A stretch of DNA of 64,000 nucleotides from IMG/VR virus record IMGVR_UViG_3300038558_000079, positions 26,555 to 90,554 of that record. One strand, 5' to 3'. The DNA comes from a virus. This document shows, one piece after another, positions 1 to 8,527 of this stretch; position 1 is the first letter of the stretch; each line of letters starts with the position of its first letter. The notes below the pieces were generated by a model. That model worked only from the letters and a program-made list of their open reading frames with translations. It had not been told where the DNA came from and ran no database searches. The position numbers and the translations under genes are program-made.

Positions 1-150
1 GTAAAAAACCGCATCGGGATTATTGGCTAGCTCGATTGCCCACAGGTTCCTTTGATGAAAGTGATATTCCGCGATCGCCCTCAAATCGGAATTACTTAGT
101 ATTACCCCGTGTTCGTCTTTCAGGTGTTGTATGAAGGCATCATTCGACAT
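1..150 (-). CDS. hypothetical protein, partial (runs off window start)
   Basis: Manual translation from ATG at 150: MSNDAFIQHLKDEHGVILSNSDLRAIAEYHFHQRNLWAIELANNPDAVFY..., open to base 1 and overlapping the stop of the upstream ORF. Confidence 0.55.
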   Translation of the reverse strand, partial: MSNDAFIQHLKDEHGVILSNSDLRAIAEYHFHQRNLWAIELANNPDAVFY

Positions 151-529
151 TGCTGTACTCACCTTTTATCTTTAAATAATCATCTGCTGATGGTATTCCC
201 ATAATATTAACAAAAGGGTTTACTGTACTTGAATTACTTCTGGGAGTAACAAGCGTATATCCAGCACGTTCTCTCAAGTCAGATATGTACTCCTGAGAAT
301 CTTTGCTACTACCGCCAAATGCTAATCCCACACACTGGTAAGTGTTAAGTGTATCCCTAGCTTTTTGGCGGTAGTAGAATTGTCTGTATTGCTCAAATTC
401 CCAGTGCTTTAAACCCAACGCTTCGGTACGACTTAAACCGTAATAAGCAGTGAATAGTGGTAAATCCTCTATTATCCCTCTGATATAAGCTTCTGCTCTG
501 TCTCTGTAGCTACTGTTGTCTCCTTTCCC
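140..529 (-). CDS. tail assembly chaperone C-terminal extension (gpT-like), reached by -1 frameshift
   Basis: The -1 frame is open from the GGGAAAG site (523-529) to the stop at 140 and is the same frame as track ORF 140..418, which has only a TTG start. Confidence 0.75.
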   Translation of the reverse strand, partial: GKGDNSSYRDRAEAYIRGIIEDLPLFTAYYGLSRTEALGLKHWEFEQYRQFYYRQKARDTLNTYQCVGLAFGGSSKDSQEYISDLRERAGYTLVTPRSNSSTVNPFVNIMGIPSADDYLKIKGEYSNVE

Positions 530-1020
530 ACATCATCACTTTTGGTATTTTCGGAGTTCTCTTCTAAAGCTTTATTCATTTGCTCTCTGATGCTATTAAT
601 AATTAGTGCCAGTGGAACATCCTTATTGAGGTTTTTTTTGCTTAGTTCACTCTTAATAAAAGTCAGGAAAGTGCCCGCTTTGCTTTGTGTTAATGCTTCG
701 ATATACGCAGCGTTAAGTGGTAGCATTGCTTTTACAGCTTCACCCATTTTTTGAGTAATGTTGTTGATTTCAACCTGCTCATTAACAGAGATTTCATTAG
801 AGACACTTAAATCATTAAGCTTCTTAACTAACAGTTGATATTGTTGACCGAGTACCATCAATTCTACCTGACTGCTGACATACCGTAAATTATGCGCTTC
901 GGTAATGTGGTCTGGTTTCCAACACTGAAATTCTACTTCTCCAATCCGAAAGATAAAGAAGGGTTTAACTTCATCTAGAATCTCAGCTAGTAAATCTTTG
1001 ATTGGTGCTAAAGTGGTCAT
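472..1020 (-). CDS. tail assembly chaperone (gpG-like)
   Basis: Follows the tail tube gene; helical protein; GGAG RBS before ATG at 1026/1020; in-frame G GGA AAG slippery site near the 3' end. Confidence 0.75.
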   Translation of the reverse strand: MTTLAPIKDLLAEILDEVKPFFIFRIGEVEFQCWKPDHITEAHNLRYVSSQVELMVLGQQYQLLVKKLNDLSVSNEISVNEQVEINNITQKMGEAVKAMLPLNAAYIEALTQSKAGTFLTFIKSELSKKNLNKDVPLALIINSIREQMNKALEENSENTKSDDVGKETTVATETEQKLISEG

Positions 1021-1035
1021 CTTCATGTCTCCATA

Positions 1036-1066
1036 ATAAAAAGTAGGTGCATGTATTACACCTACT
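1036..1066 (-). terminator. intrinsic terminator after tail tube gene
   Basis: AGTAGGTG-9nt-CACCTACT hairpin followed by a T-run on the minus strand. Confidence 0.6.
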
Positions 1067-1093
1067 CCTATTATGCCATAAATTATGTAAAAA

Positions 1094-1624
1094 TTATCCG
1101 TTAGCTGTAATATCACCACGGATAACCTTAATTCCTGTCACCGGATCTGGATAGGCAACAATAGTTGTCTTGTATTCCATTTGGTCTGTTTTGCTCATTG
1201 TAAGGGTAGCCATGGTTTCAATTCCAGCATTCAGAAATGTAAACCAGTTATCCCTGTTAGTCGTTGGAATTCCACCTTCGTATAGTTTGAGTAGTACTTG
1301 GAATTTTGGCACTCTTAATCCGGTCAAGTCCCCGTATTCAATCTTACGTTTCAAGGGATCAATTGTATCCACTACATACCGCATGGGATTTGTGGCACGT
1401 CTGAAAAACTCTATGTCCATTTCAGCGATAGAGATTTCTAATTTTGCGTTAAACCCGGTAAAATATTTGTCGGCGGGTGCATCCGATGCCTGAGTTTTTA
1501 ACTCCCCTACCATATCCTCCATGGTCAGAGTACCTGCATTTAGCTGATCTTTGCTACCAATCACAAATTCGGCGGGTGTGCCTGGTGAGAGTATTACTTG
1601 TACGGGTGCTGCTTCTAAAGCCAT
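1094..1624 (-). CDS. major tail tube protein
   Basis: 176-aa beta-rich protein between tail terminator and chaperone; typical siphovirus order. Confidence 0.7.
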   Translation of the reverse strand: MALEAAPVQVILSPGTPAEFVIGSKDQLNAGTLTMEDMVGELKTQASDAPADKYFTGFNAKLEISIAEMDIEFFRRATNPMRYVVDTIDPLKRKIEYGDLTGLRVPKFQVLLKLYEGGIPTTNRDNWFTFLNAGIETMATLTMSKTDQMEYKTTIVAYPDPVTGIKVIRGDITANG

Positions 1625-1634
1625 TTTTTTGTAC

Positions 1635-2060
1635 CTAATAAAGTGCTAACTTAAATTGATAGAGAACCGAGGCATAGTAGAGTTCAATTGACTTCTCTAA
1701 AGTAGGCTCTATAACCCCTTCAGCTTTGATCGCTTGAATTTTTTGACCTTCCATAAAGAAGGAATTAGAGTTATTCCAACCCTCCCAAATATCTATGAGT
1801 ATTTCCTGTATCTGTCTAACAATCACCCGTTTGTGTGAATACCCAGTAAACCTAAATAAGGGGTTACTAACCTTGGTTGTAATGTAGCGTCCTATGTCAG
1901 GGTTCCCTACACTACTTATGACTACTAACCCCTTACTTAAACTCACTTCAGTTTTAACATTAGGGTGACTATCCTTAATTTCACAAATAGATACTAAAGA
2001 GTTTTGGCTATTTAGAAAATCCCAAATCTTTTTCTCTAGCAGTGAAGTTTTTGGATACAT
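1635..2060 (-). CDS. tail terminator/completion protein
   Basis: 141 aa, position immediately before tail tube. Confidence 0.5.
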   Translation of the reverse strand: MYPKTSLLEKKIWDFLNSQNSLVSICEIKDSHPNVKTEVSLSKGLVVISSVGNPDIGRYITTKVSNPLFRFTGYSHKRVIVRQIQEILIDIWEGWNNSNSFFMEGQKIQAIKAEGVIEPTLEKSIELYYASVLYQFKLALY

Positions 2061-2061
2061 G

Positions 2062-2400
2062 TTAAGTCAGGTTATCAGTTATTACTTGTCCAATTGTCCC
2101 TAAGTTTTCGGTAATATACCCAGTGCGAACCTCTACAAAAATTGCATAATCAACATCTCGATTTATGCCTACTTCGCGTAATTCACCGGGTAAATTCACG
2201 CCACCCGCTCTGATTGTGCAAGCTATTGATGTAGGGTGAATTTCCAAGTTAACGGCGCGGGTGCTGGTGAAAAGTCGTTTGGTGTCAATTGGGGTATAGT
2301 TTTGCAATTCCTCAGCACCAGCCTGACAACCTACTAACAACTTCTCAGCTAGTAGATTCTTAAATTCCTCAACACCCTTACCGTCTACTGTGTAGTTCAT
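2062..2400 (-). CDS. HK97 gp10-like tail completion protein
   Basis: TPIDTKRL and DYAIFVE motifs typical of the gp10-like family. Confidence 0.65.
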   Translation of the reverse strand: MNYTVDGKGVEEFKNLLAEKLLVGCQAGAEELQNYTPIDTKRLFTSTRAVNLEIHPTSIACTIRAGGVNLPGELREVGINRDVDYAIFVEVRTGYITENLGTIGQVITDNLT

Positions 2401-2406
2401 CTTATC

Positions 2407-2754
2407 TTACGGCTCAATAACCATTGCCTTAAGGTTGGCAATATCAGTACCAGCAGCGGTGAAAGACACCTGACTACCTGAATTAAATGCGGTACGCGCC
2501 AAACGTCCAACTGACTTAACAGCGCCTGCACCATTGATTGCCACTACTTGGTCTGCGATCGCTAATCCAGCTACCGTGGTAGGCGTGACTAGAGTAATAG
2601 CATTATCTGTAGCAACTGTGGTTGTTGCTGCATTGGTTAGCAATAATACGGTGTTACCAGTATTATCAAAAGTGTAAGTAGTAGCAGTTGCTAGGGTAGT
2701 CCATGTAGCGGTCGTTCCTAGTTGTGACGGATTAAATGCAGTAAGTGCGGGCAT
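2407..2754 (-). CDS. small virion structural protein
   Basis: 115-aa Thr/Ala-rich beta protein within the head-tail operon. Confidence 0.45.
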   Translation of the reverse strand: MPALTAFNPSQLGTTATWTTLATATTYTFDNTGNTVLLLTNAATTTVATDNAITLVTPTTVAGLAIADQVVAINGAGAVKSVGRLARTAFNSGSQVSFTAAGTDIANLKAMVIEP

Positions 2755-2767
2755 TGTGTTTTTCCTA

Positions 2768-3157
2768 TTATGTGAATGGAACGTTTTTACTTGTGTCTAT
2801 GTAGACGTAGTAACGGTTAGTAAGCTTGCGTTCTACGCTAACTATTACCCCTCTAAGGTTTTGATTAAGCCACTCAACGATGGCATAATTACCTAACGGT
2901 ATTTTGTCAGCATCTGTATCTCCAGTAATGGTAACGCGCCAAATTTGCGCCGAATCTATTCCAAAATCTTCTCTAGAAGCGTACCCTTTCACAGCGGGTT
3001 TTACACTTACACAATTGGTGTTTAGTAATAGGACTTTTTCAAGAGGTAAATCATCATAAGGATTAGGGTTACTTGATACCAGTTGGTAAATCTTAAGTGT
3101 CCCTATTGCACTCTCACCATAACTACTTCTGAAAATGTCTATTACATTAATGTGCAA
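2768..3157 (-). CDS. head closure/stopper-like protein
   Basis: Size and position after the adaptor gene. Confidence 0.4.
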   Translation of the reverse strand: MHINVIDIFRSSYGESAIGTLKIYQLVSSNPNPYDDLPLEKVLLLNTNCVSVKPAVKGYASREDFGIDSAQIWRVTITGDTDADKIPLGNYAIVEWLNQNLRGVIVSVERKLTNRYYVYIDTSKNVPFT

Positions 3158-3534
3158 GTGATAAATCCCCCTACAACGCTAGCCTTAAGTTGAGTAAGTT
3201 CTCTACCGTAACTAGATAACTCCCAAGAATCTTTCGGGGTTCCTACAACAGAACCTATCTCTATGTCACCATCAATCTTGAGCTTATTAATAATGCCAGT
3301 GACAGTAGTACCTTGAGTAGCTGTTGATAGATTATGAGCAGTTAAGAGGTATCTAGCTTGTAGTGTAAATTCATCCCAAAGACTCTCCTGAATTAAAGCT
3401 TTAGAGTTAGCAAGAGTGAATACCACTTTCTCAAGTTTTACAGACTCAAATTCAGGATATACATTCAAGAACCCAATTACTTCTAGAACATCTTCAGCAT
3501 CCATCTTAAGCAGCCCTCTTGAGGAGTTCAGCAT
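3142..3534 (-). CDS. head-tail adaptor (DUF4054-like)
   Basis: FLNVYPEF...LLTAHNL...SSYGRE pattern; true start probably MDAEDV at ~3504. Confidence 0.65.
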   Translation of the reverse strand: MLNSSRGLLKMDAEDVLEVIGFLNVYPEFESVKLEKVVFTLANSKALIQESLWDEFTLQARYLLTAHNLSTATQGTTVTGIINKLKIDGDIEIGSVVGTPKDSWELSSYGRELTQLKASVVGGFITCTLM

Positions 3535-4000
3535 TTATTGCTGCTTTCTTTTTATTGGCGGCATCAATAATTGCGTTGCGAGTTTCACCTTTTACCCATA
3601 CCTCTAAAGAGTCAATATCTTCAGTCTTCCTTACCAGGTCAAGAGCAACTGTATCCTTAAAGTGTCTATATCCCGGTGAAGATGAGTCTGGTGAATCGCT
3701 GGGTACTATTTCAATAGCTCCAATCTTCACTCTGTAGGCTACCATCGGATCTGAAAGTGCGATTTTCCAAGTATCCGCTGACACTTGAAGATTACAACCC
3801 GGTCTTAGGGTGAAACCAGGCTGAAAGTCAGCAGGTAATCCCTTTTCCTTAGTAACAGGTGGTCGTTGCCAACTGAAAGGGTAAACGTTACCATTCTTGC
3901 TAGGATTCATTATCGACTCATAAGAGTCTGTCGGTTGAGATTCCTTTTGAGGTAAATAAACTAGAGCTACCCAAGCGCTCATTGTGGCAGTTTCTGACAT
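3506..4000 (-). CDS. hypothetical head-associated protein
   Basis: Directly follows the capsid gene; 164 aa. Confidence 0.5.
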   Translation of the reverse strand: MSETATMSAWVALVYLPQKESQPTDSYESIMNPSKNGNVYPFSWQRPPVTKEKGLPADFQPGFTLRPGCNLQVSADTWKIALSDPMVAYRVKIGAIEIVPSDSPDSSSPGYRHFKDTVALDLVRKTEDIDSLEVWVKGETRNAIIDAANKKKAAINAELLKRAA

Positions 4001-4001
4001 A

Positions 4002-4913
4002 TTAAATATTCTCTACAATCATAGAGTTTAGAGGTTTTAAGCAATGTACACCACCAAAACGACCTACGGTGTGAACGATTATTTCAAGGTTCACAGTTTG
4101 GGGGGGCAAGATTGTGTAGGGTTTGGCGATCGCTACATAGAATTCCTCCGGATCATCAGGTAGGATTAACATAACGTCAGTACCGTTAGTCCCCTTCCCT
4201 TTCAGGTTATTATCGCCAATAATCGATTCGATGTATCCTAATTCTCGTTGATTCTCTAGGAACATCTGCCCTATGGTTTTATCACCATAAGGGCGTGGGT
4301 TGAACAGGTAGTTATATTTGTCAGTTGGTAATACTAATTTCTTGGGTTGGGCAACTTCATTGCTTGCCAAAAAACTCACATGGTCATTTAGCATCCCGAT
4401 AATTTGATCGGGTGTAAAATTCCCATTAATTTGTACCGAGCTAGATCTACGCTGGATTGGGGTATTAAAGATTCCTGGTAATCCCGCCGCTTCATCCCCG
4501 TTGTACCCCGTAAAGTTAATATATTTGTCATAAGCAGTACGTGTTGCCTCTAACCCCTCAGACTCTAGGGCACGATTAGTAGCGCGTGCTTTATTAACCT
4601 CTTCCCAACTCCACCCACAGAAGCTACCATGAGTTTTAATTTTGTATTGTGCTGTGCGTGTTACAGTCCCTACACGATTGCCACCCTTAGCATAATCTGA
4701 GATTATGCAATTGATGCCAATGCTATCAAATTCCCTTACCTCATATACGTCTGCCCATTCGCCGTCAGGTATGATTACTAAGGGTAGAATTTGACCATTG
4801 GCTAGTTTCAATGGCGGATTTTTACGACGGTAGATTTTTGAACTTTTCGCTAGTAAGTCCTTTTCGGCAAACAATAAAGTCTCTGCATCAAAATGCGAAG
4901 TAGGCGATGTCAT
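4002..4913 (-). CDS. major capsid protein (DUF2184/encapsulin-like HK97 fold)
   Basis: 303 aa; WSWEEVNKA, YNGDEAAGLPGIFN, PKKLVLP, RFGGV motifs; follows protease and decoration genes. Confidence 0.8.
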   Translation of the reverse strand: MTSPTSHFDAETLLFAEKDLLAKSSKIYRRKNPPLKLANGQILPLVIIPDGEWADVYEVREFDSIGINCIISDYAKGGNRVGTVTRTAQYKIKTHGSFCGWSWEEVNKARATNRALESEGLEATRTAYDKYINFTGYNGDEAAGLPGIFNTPIQRRSSSVQINGNFTPDQIIGMLNDHVSFLASNEVAQPKKLVLPTDKYNYLFNPRPYGDKTIGQMFLENQRELGYIESIIGDNNLKGKGTNGTDVMLILPDDPEEFYVAIAKPYTILPPQTVNLEIIVHTVGRFGGVHCLKPLNSMIVENI

Positions 4914-4926
4914 CTTATTATTATCC

Positions 4927-5745
4927 TTACATATTTACTTTGAGAATTGCTAAGTCACCAACACTACCAGAATTTTCAAACTTAGCACCGGGAAGTACGG
5001 CGTAACCTGTCCCTGTGGCATTCCTGACAGTCCCGGCTGTGCTGTCATTGTTGTAACTGTAATAGACAGTATCAGTAGGTTTAAAAGCTGTTGTTGGTTT
5101 CACCCAAATACGACCATTACAAACTGTGTTGATAGCTTCATTGGGTAACACACCATCAACGCCGTCTTGGGATTCATGTGCATTAGTTCTAACACTGATA
5201 CCCCGCGCTACATCAGTAGCCGCAGTAGGTAATTTCCCAGTACGCGCCGAATTTGAGGTTCCGGTAGCTATCACTAATCCAAATGGGAGAATCCCCGGAC
5301 TAGCAGCGGCTGTGGTTGTTGCGATACTACTAGCACCACCAGAGACTGTTATGTTATATGAGTAAGCCGCGCCGGGTTTTCGTGAAGTCAGCACAACCGT
5401 TGTAGCCGTTGTGGTGACTGAGAAAGTGCCATAAATGACACCATTAGCTATTAATGCCGCGCCAAGTTTAGTGGCAATATCAGCGATAGTATCGTCACCA
5501 TCGCTTGTGATACCTGCGATTACATCGATGTCATTATAGTTACCCTGAATTCTCACAGAATACGGTGTATTTAATGCAGCCGTACCGATAGTAATTGTGT
5601 TTACTTGTGCCGTAGAACCGCCTTCATTTACTAGTGAAGGTGTCACAAAGTCATGTGGTGGAGCATCAACCAACATTCCCTCTAACGCATTAGGGCTATA
5701 AAGAGAGGTAGGTGTACTGAAACCTTGGGCATAAAAGTTTGGCAT
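4927..5745 (-). CDS. head decoration/cement protein
   Basis: LPFGLVI...GISVR...GRIWV pattern, Thr/Ala-rich, between DUF2213 and MCP. Confidence 0.65.
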   Translation of the reverse strand: MPNFYAQGFSTPTSLYSPNALEGMLVDAPPHDFVTPSLVNEGGSTAQVNTITIGTAALNTPYSVRIQGNYNDIDVIAGITSDGDDTIADIATKLGAALIANGVIYGTFSVTTTATTVVLTSRKPGAAYSYNITVSGGASSIATTTAAASPGILPFGLVIATGTSNSARTGKLPTAATDVARGISVRTNAHESQDGVDGVLPNEAINTVCNGRIWVKPTTAFKPTDTVYYSYNNDSTAGTVRNATGTGYAVLPGAKFENSGSVGDLAILKVNM

Positions 5746-5746
5746 T

Positions 5747-6916
5747 TTAATTTCCGATATTTACAAAGGTTTTAAGGTATTCCTCTCGTGCTGATTGCAC
5801 GTCTAATCGCAATTTATCAATCTCAGATGTAGGTGTGGTTACTGATAAATTGGTAGCGGTTAATGCAAGTTGCGATGTGTCAACGTTATAATTCTTGTCT
5901 TCAATGACACCATCAAATCTCGCTTTAACATATTCGTCAGACAGTGAATCGCAGTTGGTAACTCTGGTATTCTTAAGGATTACCGCTGTCATCAGTTCTC
6001 TATCTGTAGCAGTATCGAGATTAAAGTCATCCGGTAAGAATCCTTCGCATTGCCGCTCTAGAGAACGTCTTTCCCTAAGTAACTTGGCGACATCTACTGT
6101 AGGTTGTGAATCCAATCTGGCTTCAATACTAGTTAGCTTCTCAGCTAAAGAATCACGGGTAGCGAGTAAGGCATCAAGAGAAGTAAAACCACTACTTGCT
6201 AGCGACTCTTTAAACTTAGCAATCTCTAATCCTAAAGAGTCACACTTAGCTGTTAGTGTCTTAATCGTTTTAGCGTCTTCACAGAGTTTCCCTTTAATCT
6301 TCTCTCCAACATCTAGGGGCAACTCTACGCTAGAGTATTCATCTAATTTAAGAGTGAGACTGGGCATAGTAACACTATATATAGGTATATCGCACGAATC
6401 CAAAGTAAGTCTGACATCCTTTCCAGCGCGTCCTTGCGGAACGATAGCTAGATGATTATATTCCCTACTTGTTTGTTGAAATGTCCCGTCAGGCAGCGGT
6501 TTACAGGTAGCCATATACCCACACGAGACTTGGTTTATGCCGCTTTCAATGGCTTTGATAGCATCGGCATTAGTAATAGTCATGATTACGCCTAAGAAAT
6601 CACCGTCAATTGTGACGATATTACTAGTCGTACCTTTGGCATACTGGTTATGATTGGTGACATCTAAAAGTACAGGAGGGTGTTCGGGTACAGTGATTGG
6701 CTTCATCTTTAAGGTGTGGTAACTATCCTTGTTAAACAACACCTCCGGAGTCACCCTTTCAAAGCGCTTCTTGCCATCAGCAGTCTGATACTCAAGAATG
6801 CCAACACGCGCTACCCTCGCATGACAATTAAGGTAGCCTTCAGGTGTTCTCTCAGCTTTAAAAATATCGCCTGTATCCAGATGAAAAATACTGTCGCTAT
6901 TGTTGTCCTCAACCAT
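5747..6916 (-). CDS. DUF2213 prohead protease/scaffold
   Basis: TPEGYL, ARVGILEY, HP, SCGY, NHLAIV..GRAG motifs plus C-terminal coiled coil. Confidence 0.85.
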   Translation of the reverse strand: MVEDNNSDSIFHLDTGDIFKAERTPEGYLNCHARVARVGILEYQTADGKKRFERVTPEVLFNKDSYHTLKMKPITVPEHPPVLLDVTNHNQYAKGTTSNIVTIDGDFLGVIMTITNADAIKAIESGINQVSCGYMATCKPLPDGTFQQTSREYNHLAIVPQGRAGKDVRLTLDSCDIPIYSVTMPSLTLKLDEYSSVELPLDVGEKIKGKLCEDAKTIKTLTAKCDSLGLEIAKFKESLASSGFTSLDALLATRDSLAEKLTSIEARLDSQPTVDVAKLLRERRSLERQCEGFLPDDFNLDTATDRELMTAVILKNTRVTNCDSLSDEYVKARFDGVIEDKNYNVDTSQLALTATNLSVTTPTSEIDKLRLDVQSAREEYLKTFVNIGN

Positions 6917-7014
6917 ATCAGTTACCTACTACTACCATTACTCTAGTGTGATAGTAGGTAATATGTGATATACTTATCTCTAGTACCCTAAAAATCCGGG
7001 AAAAACCTTTAAGT

Positions 7015-7242
7015 ATGACAACAAAATTATTAAGACCCCTTACTTCCAAGCAAGAATCTCTAGGGAAAAGAGTAAGATTGGCACGAATAGCGCGTGGATT
7101 GACACAACAACAACTAGCCGCTCTGGTTTACATTACCCAAAGTGGTATTAGTGATATTGAAAAAGATATCTCTGAACCTAGATGGACGTTAATGCTTGCG
7201 ATTATTCGGGTTCTGAAGTGTGAAATTGACTATTTTCTTTAG
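7015..7242 (+). CDS. XRE/Cro-family HTH regulator
   Basis: RIARGLTQQQLAALVYITQSGISDIEKDISEP is a canonical HTH_3 motif. Confidence 0.85.
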   Translation: MTTKLLRPLTSKQESLGKRVRLARIARGLTQQQLAALVYITQSGISDIEKDISEPRWTLMLAIIRVLKCEIDYFL

Positions 7243-7723
7243 CATTTTGAATAGCTCTAAACTCTCTCAGGGCTATTTCTAGATTATTAATCCGGTATTC
7301 ATTTTTTGCAATACTCCCCTCGCTCAAGATGCCATTCATGCGTTCCTGATTCACACGCCCCAAGTCTAGCGCTATAGATGCGCTATTCGTACCTTGATGT
7401 GCAATTGCTTTAGTTGCATATAATTCGGCTTGAAGTAGTCCAACGTCATCCTCAGTTGCACAATTCTGTAAAGCCAAAAATAGTTGCTCGATTCTACCAT
7501 TAAGACTACTGAGTTTGGCATCTACTATACTCTCAGCATCACTTATGCGCCTGTTAATGCCTTGGGCATATTCCCAGACAAAGGGGATTAGCCCACTTGC
7601 GACACCACCTAATAATTCAATGATGTTTATCCCTAAGCTCTGGGTTACGGCTAACAGGAACGAACCCACAGTGGCACAAGCACAAAACAATAAAACCTTA
7701 CCAATAGTTATTTTAGTCTTCAT
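7202..7723 (-). CDS. membrane protein with coiled-coil tail (holin-like?)
   Basis: Two N-terminal hydrophobic segments followed by heptad-rich region. Confidence 0.45.
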   Translation of the reverse strand: MKTKITIGKVLLFCACATVGSFLLAVTQSLGINIIELLGGVASGLIPFVWEYAQGINRRISDAESIVDAKLSSLNGRIEQLFLALQNCATEDDVGLLQAELYATKAIAHQGTNSASIALDLGRVNQERMNGILSEGSIAKNEYRINNLEIALREFRAIQNAKENSQFHTSEPE

Positions 7724-7731
7724 GTTTCAAT

Positions 7732-8187
7732 CTACGAAAATGTGGTTTTATAATATTCCTGTTCCAGGAATTGGGTGATGCACCCGGATACTACCTCGAG
7801 ATTGTATTGTATTGTGATTGGTAGCGCTTCTATTTTTAGAATGTCACCATCTCTAAGAATATAATTATTGGAGATGGCGACATCATCTTTTGTAATAATC
7901 ATTTTCTTTGATTCAATTGAGAGTACATGTAGAATCTCGCCATTCACACTTTCGGTGCAACGGATAAAACCAATATGCCGTGACACATAATCACTAGGTA
8001 TATAGATTCCCTCATCAGTATTTTCAGTCAAAGGCGAACGCCCTAATGCTACTGTATATCCGGGTTTTAAAGGTATCCTGTAATAAGGTGCTGTATACCC
8101 GCAAGCGGTATGAGGTCTACCTAGTTCCGTATTAGATGATTTTTTTGTATGTTTTTTTTGTTCTAGCTTAATAATAGCGAAGTTCAT
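7732..8187 (-). CDS. FHA-domain protein
   Basis: VALGRS...VSRH...LRDGDILKI match the FHA signature. Confidence 0.7.
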   Translation of the reverse strand: MNFAIIKLEQKKHTKKSSNTELGRPHTACGYTAPYYRIPLKPGYTVALGRSPLTENTDEGIYIPSDYVSRHIGFIRCTESVNGEILHVLSIESKKMIITKDDVAISNNYILRDGDILKIEALPITIQYNLEVVSGCITQFLEQEYYKTTFS

Positions 8188-8274
8188 TTTTACACCGTTT
8201 TACCCCGTCATCCGCCAGTGTAGCACGAAACCCAGTGGTATTTTACCGTTGTTCGGTTTTAGTATCCCAGAAAC

Positions 8275-8384
8275 GCTGCATCACATACTCTGTATACTTC
8301 CTAGCTTCCGACATGTTGTATTCAATATCCATAAAGAAGTAAACATGTCGGAAGCTAGGAAGTAATACCAGTAAAGGGTACAGC
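8275..8384 (+). repeat. composite palindromic element, copy 1
   Basis: 31-bp GCT..AGC box, TTCCGACATGTT, 24-bp core, AACATGTCGGAA, 31-bp box; 23-bp perfect arms 8295-8317/8342-8364. Confidence 0.95.
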
Positions 8385-8459
8385 GTTTTATATCCCCATT
8401 TATTGAAAGTATGCTAAAACATAGTACAACAACACATAGAGCTACATAAGGTGTAAATA

Positions 8460-8488
8460 TTGACATTGCCTTTTTATTGTGCTAAACT
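8460..8488 (+). promoter_or_regulatory. sigma70-type promoter for dnaE
   Basis: TTGACA-17-TAAACT. Confidence 0.7.
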
Positions 8489-8527
8489 CTCTGTATAACT
8501 AATAAGCACCGCTGAGTTTTTCCTTTT

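Noticed and set aside
1027-1119. Track start (1119) for the tail chaperone
   Set aside because: Overlaps the tail tube stop and a terminator; the RBS supports a start at 1026/1020
8281-8466. Short ORFs over the palindromic elements (also 20645..20854, 39562..39771, 48905..49102)
   Set aside because: They span non-coding repeats and promoters in inconsistent frames and strands, so the elements are not a peptide family
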